From positions 1-57,395 of IMG/VR virus record IMGVR_UViG_3300036791_001261: DNA of 57,395 bases; one strand, given 5' to 3'. Position numbers and translations under genes: made by a program. The stretch is from a virus (Duplodnaviria; Caudoviricetes). Shown here piece after piece: positions 14,903 through 24,914 of the stretch. Under the pieces are notes generated by a model, which had not been told where the DNA came from, made no database searches, and saw only the letters and a program-made list of their open reading frames with translations. Position 1 is the stretch's first letter, and each line of letters starts with the position of its first letter.

Positions 14903-17900
14903 ATGTTAGGCGGTGGAGGATTTTCTCCCGGCGGCATCGCGGTGCCCGGTCCTGTCGGTCCTCAGGGACCGCAGGGAACGCGCGGCCCGGTCGGGCCTCC
15001 GGGTGAACCAGGACAACAGGGACCGCGTGGCTTTAACGGTTCTAGTGGCCCCGCTGGCCCGCCCGGTCCTGCTGGCCCGGACGGACCCCAGGGACCTCAG
15101 GGCGATCCCCTGATCGCGATTAATATCGTGGGCGTGGTCGCGACCAGCGCCGATCTGCCGGCGACGGGCAATACCACCGGCGACGCCTGGGTCACTAGTT
15201 CCGACGGACACGTCTGGTTCTGGAACGGCACCGCCTGGGTCGATGGCGGCCCCATGCGCGGACCCACCGGTCCCGCAGGTGAGCAAGGCATCCAAGGCCA
15301 ACAAGGCGTCCAGGGCAGCGATGGCTCCCAGGGGCCGCAGGGGCCGGCGGGAGGCCAGGGATCGCAGGGAACTCCCGGCCCGCAGGGTCCGCGTGGCGGC
15401 TGTGGTCCTCCCGGTGTCGGCGTCTTTCTGAAGGGCACCGTTCCCACCGCTGCCGACCTGCCCGTGGTCTGCAATCAGGTGGGCGATGCTTTTATCGCCG
15501 CCGATACCGGCGACCTGTGGTTCTGGGACGGCTGCAAGTGGGTGGATCTCGGTCAGGTCCGAGGCCCGCAAGGCCCGCAAGGGGATCAAGGTGTGCCGGG
15601 GCCGGAAGGCCCCATGGGAAACCAAGGTCCGGTAGGCCCTCAGGGCGTCCAAGGCGTGCAGGGTCTGACCGGTCTCGAAGGGGAGATGGGTCCTCCCGGC
15701 ACCAGCGTGGCGTTTCAAGGATCGGTGCCCAACTCCGGCTCCCTGCCGCCCAGCGGCAATCAGCCGGGTGACGGATATCTGGATGAATCGAACGGCCACC
15801 TTTGGGTCTGGGACGGCACGCAGTGGATCGACGAAGGGCCGATTCAAGGCCCCCAGGGGCCGCAAGGCCCGGAAGGCAGTGTAGGTCCGCCCGGCATCCA
15901 AGGCGTCTCCGGCGTGCAAGGCCCAGAAGGCGTGCGCGGCCCCGAGGGCATTCCGGGGCCGGAAGGGCCGCTTGGTCCGCCGGGGCCAGCCGGTACCGGA
16001 GTCTGCTGTAAAGGCGTGGTCGACACTGCGGCGGATCTGCCCACCGATACCGCCTGCCTGCGTTGCTGCGATGCCTTTATCGCGGCGGACACGGGGCACA
16101 TGTGGGTCTGGGACTGCGTGAACAAGGTGTGGGTGGACGCCGGTCAAATCCAGGGTCCTACCGGCCCGGAGGGTCCGGTGGGCCCGGAGGGTCCGCGCGG
16201 CCCGCAGGGCAATGACGGTCCGCCTGGCCCGCAAGGCTCCCAAGGCCCGCGCGGACCCGAAGGCCCTCTCGGCCCCGCAGGTCCTGCCGGGGCACAGGGC
16301 GTTGCCGGGATTGGGATCAACCTCAAGGGTAATGTCCCCACCTTCGCTGACCTGCCGCCCGGCCCGCACACGCAAGGGGACGCCTGGGTGGTGGAGGACA
16401 CGGGCCATTTGTGGGTGTGGGACGCGACCAACTCAACCTGGATCGACGCGGGGAAAATTGTCGGCCCGCAGGGTCCGGCCGGCCCGCAGGGTCCGCAAGG
16501 CATCCAAGGCCCGCAAGGCTCGCAAGGTAACACTGGGCCGCAGGGCGCGCAAGGCCCGCAAGGCGTGCCGGGTCCCACGGGTCCCACGGGGCCTGCGGGA
16601 CCTCCGGGAGCAACTGGGGCAACCGGCCCGCAGGGTCCCCAGGGCGCTCCCAGCCCAGCCGGGGATTTGATCGCCGGTCCGGGGATCGGCCTGGTAACCA
16701 ATCCAGGCCCGCCGGTCGAGACCACCATCAGTGTCGTGCCCGCGTGCTTCATACAATCCCCCTGGCTCTGTGATCACGATGCGGCCGGATTCAGGCTCTT
16801 CACGCAAGCCGCCTCCAATCTGCCGCTCCTGTTCGCGCCAAATAATAGTGAGGCTGTGCGCATCACGGGGGCGGGCAATGTGGGCATCGGAACGGCGACA
16901 CCCGCTGCTCTGCTCGACGTCAACGGAGTGATCCGCTCGATTAGCGCTAACAGTATTCCGGCCAGCGGGGTCGGTGTGGAAATTTACTACGACCCCTCGT
17001 TGACGAGCGGAGTAGTGCAGGCTTATGACCGCACCGTTAGTCCCAACAGTCCCGATACTTTGCTCTTGAACCCCTACACGCGGGCGGATGCGACAGATCC
17101 AGTCGCTGGAGTAGGAATCGGAACTACACGGGTTCCGACATACGGCATCAGCGGAGACGCCACGTATTTGAGCATCGTGGGACCAATCGAGCACACGCAA
17201 GCTGATCCAGGTTCTGGCGCTGCCGGAATAGAGCTAGCCTCCAATGGCCCGGATGTTACAAGAACCATCGGCATAATCAATTTCACCGACCTGCAGAACA
17301 CGACAACGGTGAAGGACGCGGCGCACATCTCCGTCGAAATTACAGGCAGCGTATTAGGCAACCGTGGCAGTGACATGTTATTCGCAACCAGGCCGGATAA
17401 CTATAACCCTACGCCTGGACCGTTTGTGCTTTCTCCGGAACGCATGCGGATCACGCAGGATGGCCTGGTGGGCATCGGGACGGCGGTTCCCCAGGCCTTA
17501 TTGGAAGTCAACGGAGTGATGCGCTCGACTAGCAATACCCCTATCCCGACTAGCGGGGTCGGTGTCGAGATTTATTACGACCCCTCGTTAACCAGTGGCG
17601 TGGTCCAGGCGTATGACCGCACTGCTGCGACTCCTGTTGATCTGCTCTTGAATCCCTACACGCGAGCCAATGCGGCAGATCCAGTCGCCGGAGTGGGAAT
17701 CGGAACTACGCAAGTTCCGACATATGGAATTTCCGGAGAGGCAACATATCTCAGCATCGTCGGGCCACCAGAGAGCACGCTGGCCCCGGGTGATCCCGGT
17801 GCGGGCGCTGGTGGTCTAGAGCTAGCCTCTAACGGTCCTGATCAGGCACGGACTGTCGGCATCATCAACTTTACTGATCTGAAGAACAGCACACCGTCCA

Positions 17901-19219
17901 AAGATGTGGCACACATCAGCGGAGTAATCACAGGCAGCGTTGCCAACAACCGGGGGGGTGCACTGGTATTCGGCGTCAGGCCGGATTCGTATTCAGGGTC
18001 CCCCACTCTCACTGCTCCGGAACGCATGCGCATCGATGGCATCACCGGCAACGTGGGCGTTGGGAACACGGGTCCGACCTACCGGCTCGATATCAGCACT
18101 AGCGCAGTTAGCGTCCTTAGGGCCGTAAGCTCATCGGCAGTTAACGCCGTATTCGCGTTAGGTGCCAATAGTACGCAATGGTCGTGGATGGCAAACGGTA
18201 CATCTCCCAGCGCTGGCGCGGCGGGTGATTTTTGGCTCAATAGAGTCGGATTTGGTTCGGTGCTGCTCGTGCAGAGCGCCACCAACTACGTGGGCATCGG
18301 GACGACGGCACCTTTCTATCCCCTCGATGTGCAGGCTCTCGGAGTGGATATAGGTTCAGGTGGTACGCCAACAGCTTTCAACAACGTCGTCTCTGAATTC
18401 GTGAGCAACGACGGAAATTTTAGCGGAGTCGCGCTGGGATATGACACCAGGGCACCTCACATAGGCACTGTCGCCGCGCAAGGCGCGGCAGCGCCTACTC
18501 AACTGGCCTTTTGGACTTCCATTGCCACTGCCCCAGCGGGTTGGTATGAGCGCATGCGCATCACGGGGGAGGGCAACGTAGGCATCGGGACGACGACTCC
18601 GCAATGCTCATTAGATGTCGCGGGCCTGATTCGGTCTACAGCAGATACTCCGGGGCCTACCTCCGGAAAATGCATAGAAATGTACTTTCATCAGGCCACA
18701 AGTACGGGTCAAGTTGACTGCTATGATTACACCGGAGGTGCGTTTACACGGCTGTCGCTTGTTGGGAACCCGCTGATATTGAATCCTGATGCTACACTCC
18801 ACGTCGGCATTGGGGCCTTCGCTGGAAGTCCGCCTCACCTCTTCGAACTATCCATAGACGATGCCGCTAAGCCATCCACAAACACGTGGACGATTGCATC
18901 GGATACGCGACTAAAGCGCAACATAAAGGATCTTACCGGGGGACTAGACATTATCACTCGCTTACACCCAATCGAGTGTGAATATAACGGGTTACATGGC
19001 ACGCCAGAGGGACAACGCATAACTGGTTTTCTGGCTGATGAGATTCGAGAAATTCTGCCGGGTACAGTGAAATCTCATCGTGGCAAACTCCGCGAGACTG
19101 ACCAGCAGGAAACCGATATCCTAGATTTCAATCTTCATGAGGTGCTAATCCATCTCGTCTTAGCAGTGAAGCAACTCGCGGCCGCGCAAGTCGAGACTGC
19201 CGGATCGAAAATGAAATGA
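14903..19219 (+). CDS. Long tail fibre: collagen repeats with 5 Trp-rich knobs, GNVGIGT modules, C-terminal S74 intramolecular chaperone
   Basis: (Gly-X-Y)n; GDA(W/F)...[11 protein letters not shown] x5; [12 protein letters not shown]...[12 protein letters not shown]...AVKQL. Confidence 0.92.
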   Translation: MLGGGGFSPGGIAVPGPVGPQGPQGTRGPVGPPGEPGQQGPRGFNGSSGPAGPPGPAGPDGPQGPQGDPLIAINIVGVVATSADLPATGNTTGDAWVTSSDGHVWFWNGTAWVDGGPMRGPTGPAGEQGIQGQQGVQGSDGSQGPQGPAGGQGSQGTPGPQGPRGGCGPPGVGVFLKGTVPTAADLPVVCNQVGDAFIAADTGDLWFWDGCKWVDLGQVRGPQGPQGDQGVPGPEGPMGNQGPVGPQGVQGVQGLTGLEGEMGPPGTSVAFQGSVPNSGSLPPSGNQPGDGYLDESNGHLWVWDGTQWIDEGPIQGPQGPQGPEGSVGPPGIQGVSGVQGPEGVRGPEGIPGPEGPLGPPGPAGTGVCCKGVVDTAADLPTDTACLRCCDAFIAADTGHMWVWDCVNKVWVDAGQIQGPTGPEGPVGPEGPRGPQGNDGPPGPQGSQGPRGPEGPLGPAGPAGAQGVAGIGINLKGNVPTFADLPPGPHTQGDAWVVEDTGHLWVWDATNSTWIDAGKIVGPQGPAGPQGPQGIQGPQGSQGNTGPQGAQGPQGVPGPTGPTGPAGPPGATGATGPQGPQGAPSPAGDLIAGPGIGLVTNPGPPVETTISVVPACFIQSPWLCDHDAAGFRLFTQAASNLPLLFAPNNSEAVRITGAGNVGIGTATPAALLDVNGVIRSISANSIPASGVGVEIYYDPSLTSGVVQAYDRTVSPNSPDTLLLNPYTRADATDPVAGVGIGTTRVPTYGISGDATYLSIVGPIEHTQADPGSGAAGIELASNGPDVTRTIGIINFTDLQNTTTVKDAAHISVEITGSVLGNRGSDMLFATRPDNYNPTPGPFVLSPERMRITQDGLVGIGTAVPQALLEVNGVMRSTSNTPIPTSGVGVEIYYDPSLTSGVVQAYDRTAATPVDLLLNPYTRANAADPVAGVGIGTTQVPTYGISGEATYLSIVGPPESTLAPGDPGAGAGGLELASNGPDQARTVGIINFTDLKNSTPSKDVAHISGVITGSVANNRGGALVFGVRPDSYSGSPTLTAPERMRIDGITGNVGVGNTGPTYRLDISTSAVSVLRAVSSSAVNAVFALGANSTQWSWMANGTSPSAGAAGDFWLNRVGFGSVLLVQSATNYVGIGTTAPFYPLDVQALGVDIGSGGTPTAFNNVVSEFVSNDGNFSGVALGYDTRAPHIGTVAAQGAAAPTQLAFWTSIATAPAGWYERMRITGEGNVGIGTTTPQCSLDVAGLIRSTADTPGPTSGKCIEMYFHQATSTGQVDCYDYTGGAFTRLSLVGNPLILNPDATLHVGIGAFAGSPPHLFELSIDDAAKPSTNTWTIASDTRLKRNIKDLTGGLDIITRLHPIECEYNGLHGTPEGQRITGFLADEIREILPGTVKSHRGKLRETDQQETDILDFNLHEVLIHLVLAVKQLAAAQVETAGSKMK

Positions 19220-19575
19220 CACTTACCCTAGATCATAACCAACGGCTCAATCTTGTTTTCGTCTTAGGGAGCCACGACGTGCGTGGCCGCGAGCTACACG
19301 CCGTCTGGCATCTCCAAGACACCCTGGACTTGAGCGAAGATGAAAAACAAGCCATCGATTTGCGCGAAACGCTAGTCAACGGTCAAAAGGCGACGTACTG
19401 GGACAGTGCGAAGGCCCTTCAGCCGCGATCCTTTGATTTCGTTGAGGCTGATATCGAGCGCATCCGCAAGGCGATGGACGAGTTCCCCAACATGAAAGCG
19501 TCACGCGATCGCCTCTGGGCGGAACCGATCTACGCCCAACTGCCCGAGACCAACGGCGCAAAGGCTAGCCGCTGA
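19216..19575 (+). CDS. Hypothetical protein (possible fibre chaperone)
   Basis: ATGA-coupled to the fibre gene. Confidence 0.6.
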   Translation: MTLTLDHNQRLNLVFVLGSHDVRGRELHAVWHLQDTLDLSEDEKQAIDLRETLVNGQKATYWDSAKALQPRSFDFVEADIERIRKAMDEFPNMKASRDRLWAEPIYAQLPETNGAKASR

Positions 19576-19578
19576 GTA

Positions 19579-19989
19579 TTGGCGATGCCAGAAAGTGAGT
19601 CAGCGATGTCGGTTAAAACCAGCGACGGGACGGCTCGCGCGGCCGAGAGTGTCACGGTTACGACTTACAACACCGTCACGCTTTCGAACGGCGATGTTTT
19701 TACGCTGGTCACCCCCTATTGTGGTCCGTACTACTACGACATCCTGAATCTCGGCCCCTGCACGGTGTACATCCGCGCCGACGCCGATCCGGCCGTCAAC
19801 GATCCGCAATCGGAAACCCTGCCGCCTTACTGCGCCGACAATCTGGTGGTGCTTCCCGAGGGCACGGTTGGCCTGCGCTTCCTCGCAGGCCCCCCCTGTG
19901 TGGCCGGCAACGGCCTGGGGCCGCCCCCCTGCGCGACCGGCGCCAAGGGCTGCGTGGCGACCATCACCGTGCGACTGGTGAGAGGATAG
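19579..19989 (+). CDS. Cys-rich small beta-sandwich-like virion protein
   Basis: ILNLGPCTVYI motif; 6 Cys. Confidence 0.5.
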   Translation: MAMPESESAMSVKTSDGTARAAESVTVTTYNTVTLSNGDVFTLVTPYCGPYYYDILNLGPCTVYIRADADPAVNDPQSETLPPYCADNLVVLPEGTVGLRFLAGPPCVAGNGLGPPPCATGAKGCVATITVRLVRG

Positions 19990-19993
19990 GCGT

Positions 19994-20575
19994 ATGCCCT
20001 TGCCGTCGATGCTGACGTTTAACGAGCTGGACGGGTCGGAAGTCGCGCACGTTTTGGAAAATCGCTTCGGGCAAATCCTCCAGGCCGTGCCCTACTTCAA
20101 GAAGCACATCACGCTGCCGCGCGTGCGCATGACGCTCAATGTGAGGCTTGAAATCTGGGCCGACCAACCGTCACCCGAAACGCTCAATATCGGCGATCGC
20201 CTGACCATCGTGTTCGACGAGCCCCAACTGACGGACACCATCACTGCCGAATCCGTGGACTGCGCCGCTCCCGTGGCCGGGGGCCACCCGCCCGATCAGA
20301 TTCGGGAAATGCACGGCCTGCCCATTTCGCAGCCGGCGCGGGGCCCCCGCGAACTGGGCGGGCAGGTCTCGATCAGCGACCAGCAGGTGCCGCTCGAGGG
20401 CCGCGAGGTGTCCGACATGCCCGGACTCAAGGTGAGCCGCACGGGCACCGGCTTCATCGACGGCCTGCCGACGAGCGGCAACGCCACGGTGGCCAAGATC
20501 GACCAGGGGCCGGCGGGCCTGCGCAGCGGACAGATGAACCGCGACGCCTGGCATTTTGGAGGAGGTAAGAAGTAA
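19994..20575 (+). CDS. Hypothetical protein
   Basis: 193 aa, GAGGA RBS. Confidence 0.7.
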   Translation: MPLPSMLTFNELDGSEVAHVLENRFGQILQAVPYFKKHITLPRVRMTLNVRLEIWADQPSPETLNIGDRLTIVFDEPQLTDTITAESVDCAAPVAGGHPPDQIREMHGLPISQPARGPRELGGQVSISDQQVPLEGREVSDMPGLKVSRTGTGFIDGLPTSGNATVAKIDQGPAGLRSGQMNRDAWHFGGGKK

Positions 20576-20920
20576 ATGGCGGGAGCGATTGCCGCGCAGC
20601 AGATTGAGATCGGCGCCATCGTGCGCATCACGGCCCCCGGGTCGCGGGAAACCGAGGGCGAGGCGCGCACCATCCCGGCGGTGGTCATGCACCAGTGGCC
20701 GGACGGAAGGCTGCAGCTTTACTGCTTTCACTTCCAGGGATCGGCGCTGCTCACGAATGCCGCACGCCCCGAGGACGTGGAGATGGTCCTGAGCCGCACC
20801 GAGATCGACGCCATTTTCGACGGCATCAACCGCCGTCTCACGGAACTCGAAAATCAGATGGTCTCGCTCGGCGGCCGCAAATACCGCGAGCCCATCAAGA
20901 TGGCCGATGACGCTACTTGA
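20576..20920 (+). CDS. Hypothetical protein (SH3-like N-terminus, coiled C-terminus)
   Basis: GGAGG RBS; IGAIVRI...PAVV pattern. Confidence 0.65.
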   Translation: MAGAIAAQQIEIGAIVRITAPGSRETEGEARTIPAVVMHQWPDGRLQLYCFHFQGSALLTNAARPEDVEMVLSRTEIDAIFDGINRRLTELENQMVSLGGRKYREPIKMADDAT

Positions 20921-21302
20921 ACTGCATGTCGACGTGGCGCGCGTGGCGGACGCGCTCGAGCGGATCGCCTTTCTGCTCGAAAGGCTCGTGTTTCCTCCTT
21001 CGCCCGCCGACGTCAAGGTCCACCAGGCCACGCTCGACGATCTGCACACCGTCACGCCGGAAGACATCGCGCGCATGGGGGCCGAGCAGATGGAATTCGC
21101 GGAGCGCTTTCGCGTGGTGCCGGGATCGCCGGCCATGATGCAGGCGCTCCAGGATTGGGAAGCTGAGCAGAGGAGCCTTTATGGCAAAGACTGGCAAGCC
21201 CCGGAAGACTGGCGGACGATCCTCGCCGCCGCGCGCGGAAGCGTTCGAGAATTTGCCGGCGAAGCAGCTGCCGCCCCCGCCGATCCACGTAGCCAAGGGT
21301 AA
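20907..21302 (+). CDS. Hypothetical protein
   Basis: VARVADALERIA motif; overlapping layout. Confidence 0.6.
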   Translation: MTLLELHVDVARVADALERIAFLLERLVFPPSPADVKVHQATLDDLHTVTPEDIARMGAEQMEFAERFRVVPGSPAMMQALQDWEAEQRSLYGKDWQAPEDWRTILAAARGSVREFAGEAAAAPADPRSQG

Positions 21303-21879
21303 GCAGCGCAAGCTGGGGTTGGCCAGCCGCAGCCCGCTCTCGGTGGCCTTTCGCCACATCAAGCCCGACTGGCGGCGCTATATCCAGTACGTCGACCTCG
21401 CTGCGCGCAAGGGCGACATTGCCATGGCCCGCTTCCGCGACTGCTACGAGTCCCTCGATAGGTTCGACAAGGTCAATGTTTGGCCCGAGCAGCTCTGCGT
21501 GATGGCCAACATCACGCCCGGCGAGCTGGTGGGCACGGTATGCCGCCACATCTGGGAATCGAAGGCGGCCGAAAGCTCCATGGTCAGCTCCATCGCCCAT
21601 CCCGAGCTACTGCTGGACACGATCAAGTTTGCCCGTAGCGAAGAGAACTACCGCGACCGGGAGCTGTTCTTCCGCCTGACCGGGTCGCTGCCGGATCGCA
21701 AGGGCGCGTCGATTAATATCTTCAACGCCGCCGCCGGCCAGGTGAACGAGACGCTGCCTGAAATCCGGCAAGGCCCGAGCCGGCTGCGGACGTTTGATGA
21801 CGAGGTGATCGACATGAGCCGCGATCTGGAGAACGACCCGCCGTTTTTAGTGAAGGACGACCCGGATGTTTCACCATAG
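21181..21879 (+). CDS. Probable terminase small subunit (positional)
   Basis: AGGAG RBS; immediately upstream of and overlapping terL. Confidence 0.5.
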   Translation: MAKTGKPRKTGGRSSPPRAEAFENLPAKQLPPPPIHVAKGKQRKLGLASRSPLSVAFRHIKPDWRRYIQYVDLAARKGDIAMARFRDCYESLDRFDKVNVWPEQLCVMANITPGELVGTVCRHIWESKAAESSMVSSIAHPELLLDTIKFARSEENYRDRELFFRLTGSLPDRKGASINIFNAAAGQVNETLPEIRQGPSRLRTFDDEVIDMSRDLENDPPFLVKDDPDVSP

Positions 21880-24037
21880 GATCATCGAAGCCACACTGCG
21901 CCGCTGGGCCGCGAAACCGGCGAACTTCGAGCCGGAGTATCACTCGGCGCTCGAGGCCGAGCGCATCACCGCCCACTTCAACTCGCTGATAGAGCCCGAT
22001 GAAAACGGCACGCTGCGCAGCGTCCGCCACCCCGATAAAGACTGGCGCGAAACGCTGGAGCCGGACGAGATCCGCCTCATCCGCAACGAAATGATTCTGT
22101 GCCGCGCCGATTTCAACTATTTCGTGAGCCGCTACGCCTGGATCAAATCCGACGAGGACCGCGTGGTGCGCCTCGATCCGTGGATCTCGCAGCAGATCTT
22201 CCTGTCGATCCTGGCCGAGATGCAGGAGCAGGATATCTCGCTCATGCTGATCATTCTCAAGGCGCGTCAGCTGGGCTTGTCGCGCATCATCTCGCTCATC
22301 GTGCTGCACAGCGTGCTGTATTTTCCCCACACCAACGCCTTCTTGGCATCGAGCACGGAGGACAAGACCGGCTTGCTGTTCGACATGCTCGACTTCGTGC
22401 TCTACCGCCTGCCGTTTTGGATGCGGCCGGCGGAAAAGTACCGGCGCGAGAATAAATTCCTCGAGCTGCTCAACGGCAGCGCGCTCACGCTGCAGCACGG
22501 GCAGCAGACCACCGGCATCGCGCGCGGCACCACGCCCACCAAGGCGCACATTTCGGAGCTGAGCGAGTTCGATGAGTTCAAGGTCAGCGATCTGATCGAC
22601 AGCGCCTTGCTGCGCGCCATGCACGATTCGCCGCAAACGTTCCTGGCCTTGGAGAGTACCGCCAAAGGCCAGAACAACTGGTGGCATCACAAGTGGGTTT
22701 CGGCCAAGGCCGGGTGGCCGGAGCGCCGCTCGCGATTGCGGCCGCTCTTCCTGCCCTGGTTCGTCGGCGGCCTGTACCCCAAGGAGCACTGGCTGCGGGC
22801 CCACCCGGTGCCGCCCGATTACTCGAGCCGCATGCTCGATTGGGCCGCCGCGCACGCCGAGGGCGCGGAAGAATACGTGCGCAAAACCGAGTACCTCTAC
22901 GCGCGCCTGGGGCGCGACTGGCAGATGCCGCTCGAACAAATCTGGTATTACGAGTGTGAGCGCGACGCCGCGATCCGCGAGAAGCGGCTGAACAAGTTCC
23001 TCCAGGAGATGCCTTCGAATGACGACGAGGCCTTCCAGTCGACGGCCCTCTCGGTCTTCCCCACGGAGACCATCACGTTCTACCGCGACAACGCGCACCG
23101 GCAGGAGTTGCTCGGTACTTACGGCCTGGTCGGCGCGCCGGAAATCGTGAACCCGCGCCTGCAGCCGCCCTCCCTGCTGCGCAACCCCAATCAGCCCTCG
23201 ATCATCGTCCGCTGCGAGCGCACGACCAGCTATCCGATGCAGTTCGAGCTGGTGCCGCTGCGCTTTGACGGCTGGTCGCTCGAGTCGGGCGTCGACAAGA
23301 TTTACATCTGGGAGATGCCGATCGCAGGCGAGACCTACGGCATCGGCATGGACACTTCCGACGGCATCGAAAAAGACCGCACCGTGCTGGAGGGCCTGCG
23401 CAAGGGTTCGATCAACGGGCCCACCAAGCAGGTTTTCGAGTACGCCTCGGGTAAGATGAACGCCCTTGACAGCTGGCCCTTCGCGCTCGCGCTGGGAACG
23501 CTTTACTCGGTGCCCGACCAGACCGGTATGGTACAGCAGCCGCGCATGGCGATCGAGTGCAAGGGCCACGGCGATATGGCCCAAAATTTAATCCGCCAGA
23601 TGGGCTGGACGAATTTCCATCCCTGGAACGACAAGCAGCTCGACAACCGCACGCCCAGGCTTTCCCAGTTCCACAAGATCGGCGTGTACACCACCAGCTG
23701 GTTCAGGGACGGGATGATCGAGATGCTCGTGAAAATGCTGCGCGACGGCGATATCGAGATTGCGAGCCCGTTCTTCGTGCAGGAGATGGCCTCGCTGCAG
23801 GGCGACCAGTTCGTGCAGTCGCTCAAGGCCGGCTATGGCGGCTTCGACGATCGCATCATGGCTTTCGGTTTCATCCTCGTCTCGCTCTACAAGTGGGACG
23901 CGGACTATTTCCGCAGCGCCAAGATCGCCGCCTACAGCGGGCGCAGCCCCGTGGGCCGCGAGCAGCCCAAACGGCAGTATGCCCAGTGGGTATATTCCTA
24001 TCAGGAGCGCAACGATGTCGGTATCTATGAATCTTGA
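21866..24037 (+). CDS. terL: Terminase large subunit
   Basis: IILKARQLGLS (Walker A), AHISE (Walker B), LESTAKG, YGIGMDTSDG..KD, FDDRIMA. Confidence 0.93.
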   Translation: MFHHRIIEATLRRWAAKPANFEPEYHSALEAERITAHFNSLIEPDENGTLRSVRHPDKDWRETLEPDEIRLIRNEMILCRADFNYFVSRYAWIKSDEDRVVRLDPWISQQIFLSILAEMQEQDISLMLIILKARQLGLSRIISLIVLHSVLYFPHTNAFLASSTEDKTGLLFDMLDFVLYRLPFWMRPAEKYRRENKFLELLNGSALTLQHGQQTTGIARGTTPTKAHISELSEFDEFKVSDLIDSALLRAMHDSPQTFLALESTAKGQNNWWHHKWVSAKAGWPERRSRLRPLFLPWFVGGLYPKEHWLRAHPVPPDYSSRMLDWAAAHAEGAEEYVRKTEYLYARLGRDWQMPLEQIWYYECERDAAIREKRLNKFLQEMPSNDDEAFQSTALSVFPTETITFYRDNAHRQELLGTYGLVGAPEIVNPRLQPPSLLRNPNQPSIIVRCERTTSYPMQFELVPLRFDGWSLESGVDKIYIWEMPIAGETYGIGMDTSDGIEKDRTVLEGLRKGSINGPTKQVFEYASGKMNALDSWPFALALGTLYSVPDQTGMVQQPRMAIECKGHGDMAQNLIRQMGWTNFHPWNDKQLDNRTPRLSQFHKIGVYTTSWFRDGMIEMLVKMLRDGDIEIASPFFVQEMASLQGDQFVQSLKAGYGGFDDRIMAFGFILVSLYKWDADYFRSAKIAAYSGRSPVGREQPKRQYAQWVYSYQERNDVGIYES

Positions 24038-24045
24038 GGAGAGGT

Positions 24046-24270
24046 ATGGCCGTCGCACAGTCTAGTCATCTGCAGGAGCATCACTACGATCCCAACACCG
24101 AGACCCTGACCATCCAGTTTCAAAACGGCGCGATCTATCAGTACGCGGGTGTGCCCAAAACCATCTACGACACTTTCCACCAGAACGGCGGCGCCGGGAC
24201 GTACTTCTGGACTAAAATTCGCGGCCGGTATGCCACGACCAAAATCTTCGATCCCAAGGATGCGCGATGA
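24046..24270 (+). CDS. KTSC domain protein
   Basis: SSHL...YDP....L.IQFQNGAIYQYAGVP...G.YF..KIRG. Confidence 0.88.
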   Translation: MAVAQSSHLQEHHYDPNTETLTIQFQNGAIYQYAGVPKTIYDTFHQNGGAGTYFWTKIRGRYATTKIFDPKDAR

Positions 24271-24791
24271 ACTGCTCCGAGTGTGGCCGCGAAATCGAAA
24301 TTGGCGACTGGCCGTATTGCCCCCACGGCGCGCTCCATGAAGTGCACGCGCAGCGCTTCGATCCCATCGTGGTGTGGGCCAGCAACTCCGACCCCGATAA
24401 GTTCAGTTTCCCTGGCCAGGCAAACGAGCGCTGCCCGCCGGAATACCACCGCGTGGAGATCACCAACCTGCGCGAGGCGGATCGCTTCGTGTCCCGCATG
24501 AACGCCATCGAGCGCGCAAAGGCAGAGGCCTCCCGCGACCTCAACTACCAGGCCCTCGACGAGCAGACTAAGCGTCGGCGCGAAGACACCATGGCGCGCA
24601 TTCGCGGCAACCCGAAAGCTGAGGCTCTGTTCCGCGCCGCGCGCGAGTGGGCCGACCGCCGCCGCGAGGAGAAGCGAGCCCGGCACCGGAACCTCGATCC
24701 GCACTTCCACATCAACGTGCTGAGCTTCGACAGCGGCAACCGGAACTCGTACAGTGGGCCCGAAACCGGCTGGCGGGAGCGGAAAAGCTGA
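24267..24791 (+). CDS. Hypothetical protein with N-terminal Zn ribbon
   Basis: CSEC...WPYCPH. Confidence 0.7.
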   Translation: MNCSECGREIEIGDWPYCPHGALHEVHAQRFDPIVVWASNSDPDKFSFPGQANERCPPEYHRVEITNLREADRFVSRMNAIERAKAEASRDLNYQALDEQTKRRREDTMARIRGNPKAEALFRAAREWADRRREEKRARHRNLDPHFHINVLSFDSGNRNSYSGPETGWRERKS

Positions 24792-24914
24792 TGAATTATT
24801 TCGCTCTGGGCTACCTGTATGGGCGCCCTGTGGTGTTGACCTGCGTGTCGGGCAGATTTAAGATCACGTTTCTTGACTAGCGCGAACTGGCGCGGCTAGT
24901 AGAGAATCACAGGT

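Noticed and set aside
16850-18018. Diversity-generating retroelement TR/VR pair or shufflon
   Set aside because: No reverse transcriptase in the genome; both copies are in-frame coding with largely synonymous differences; no inverted cassettes
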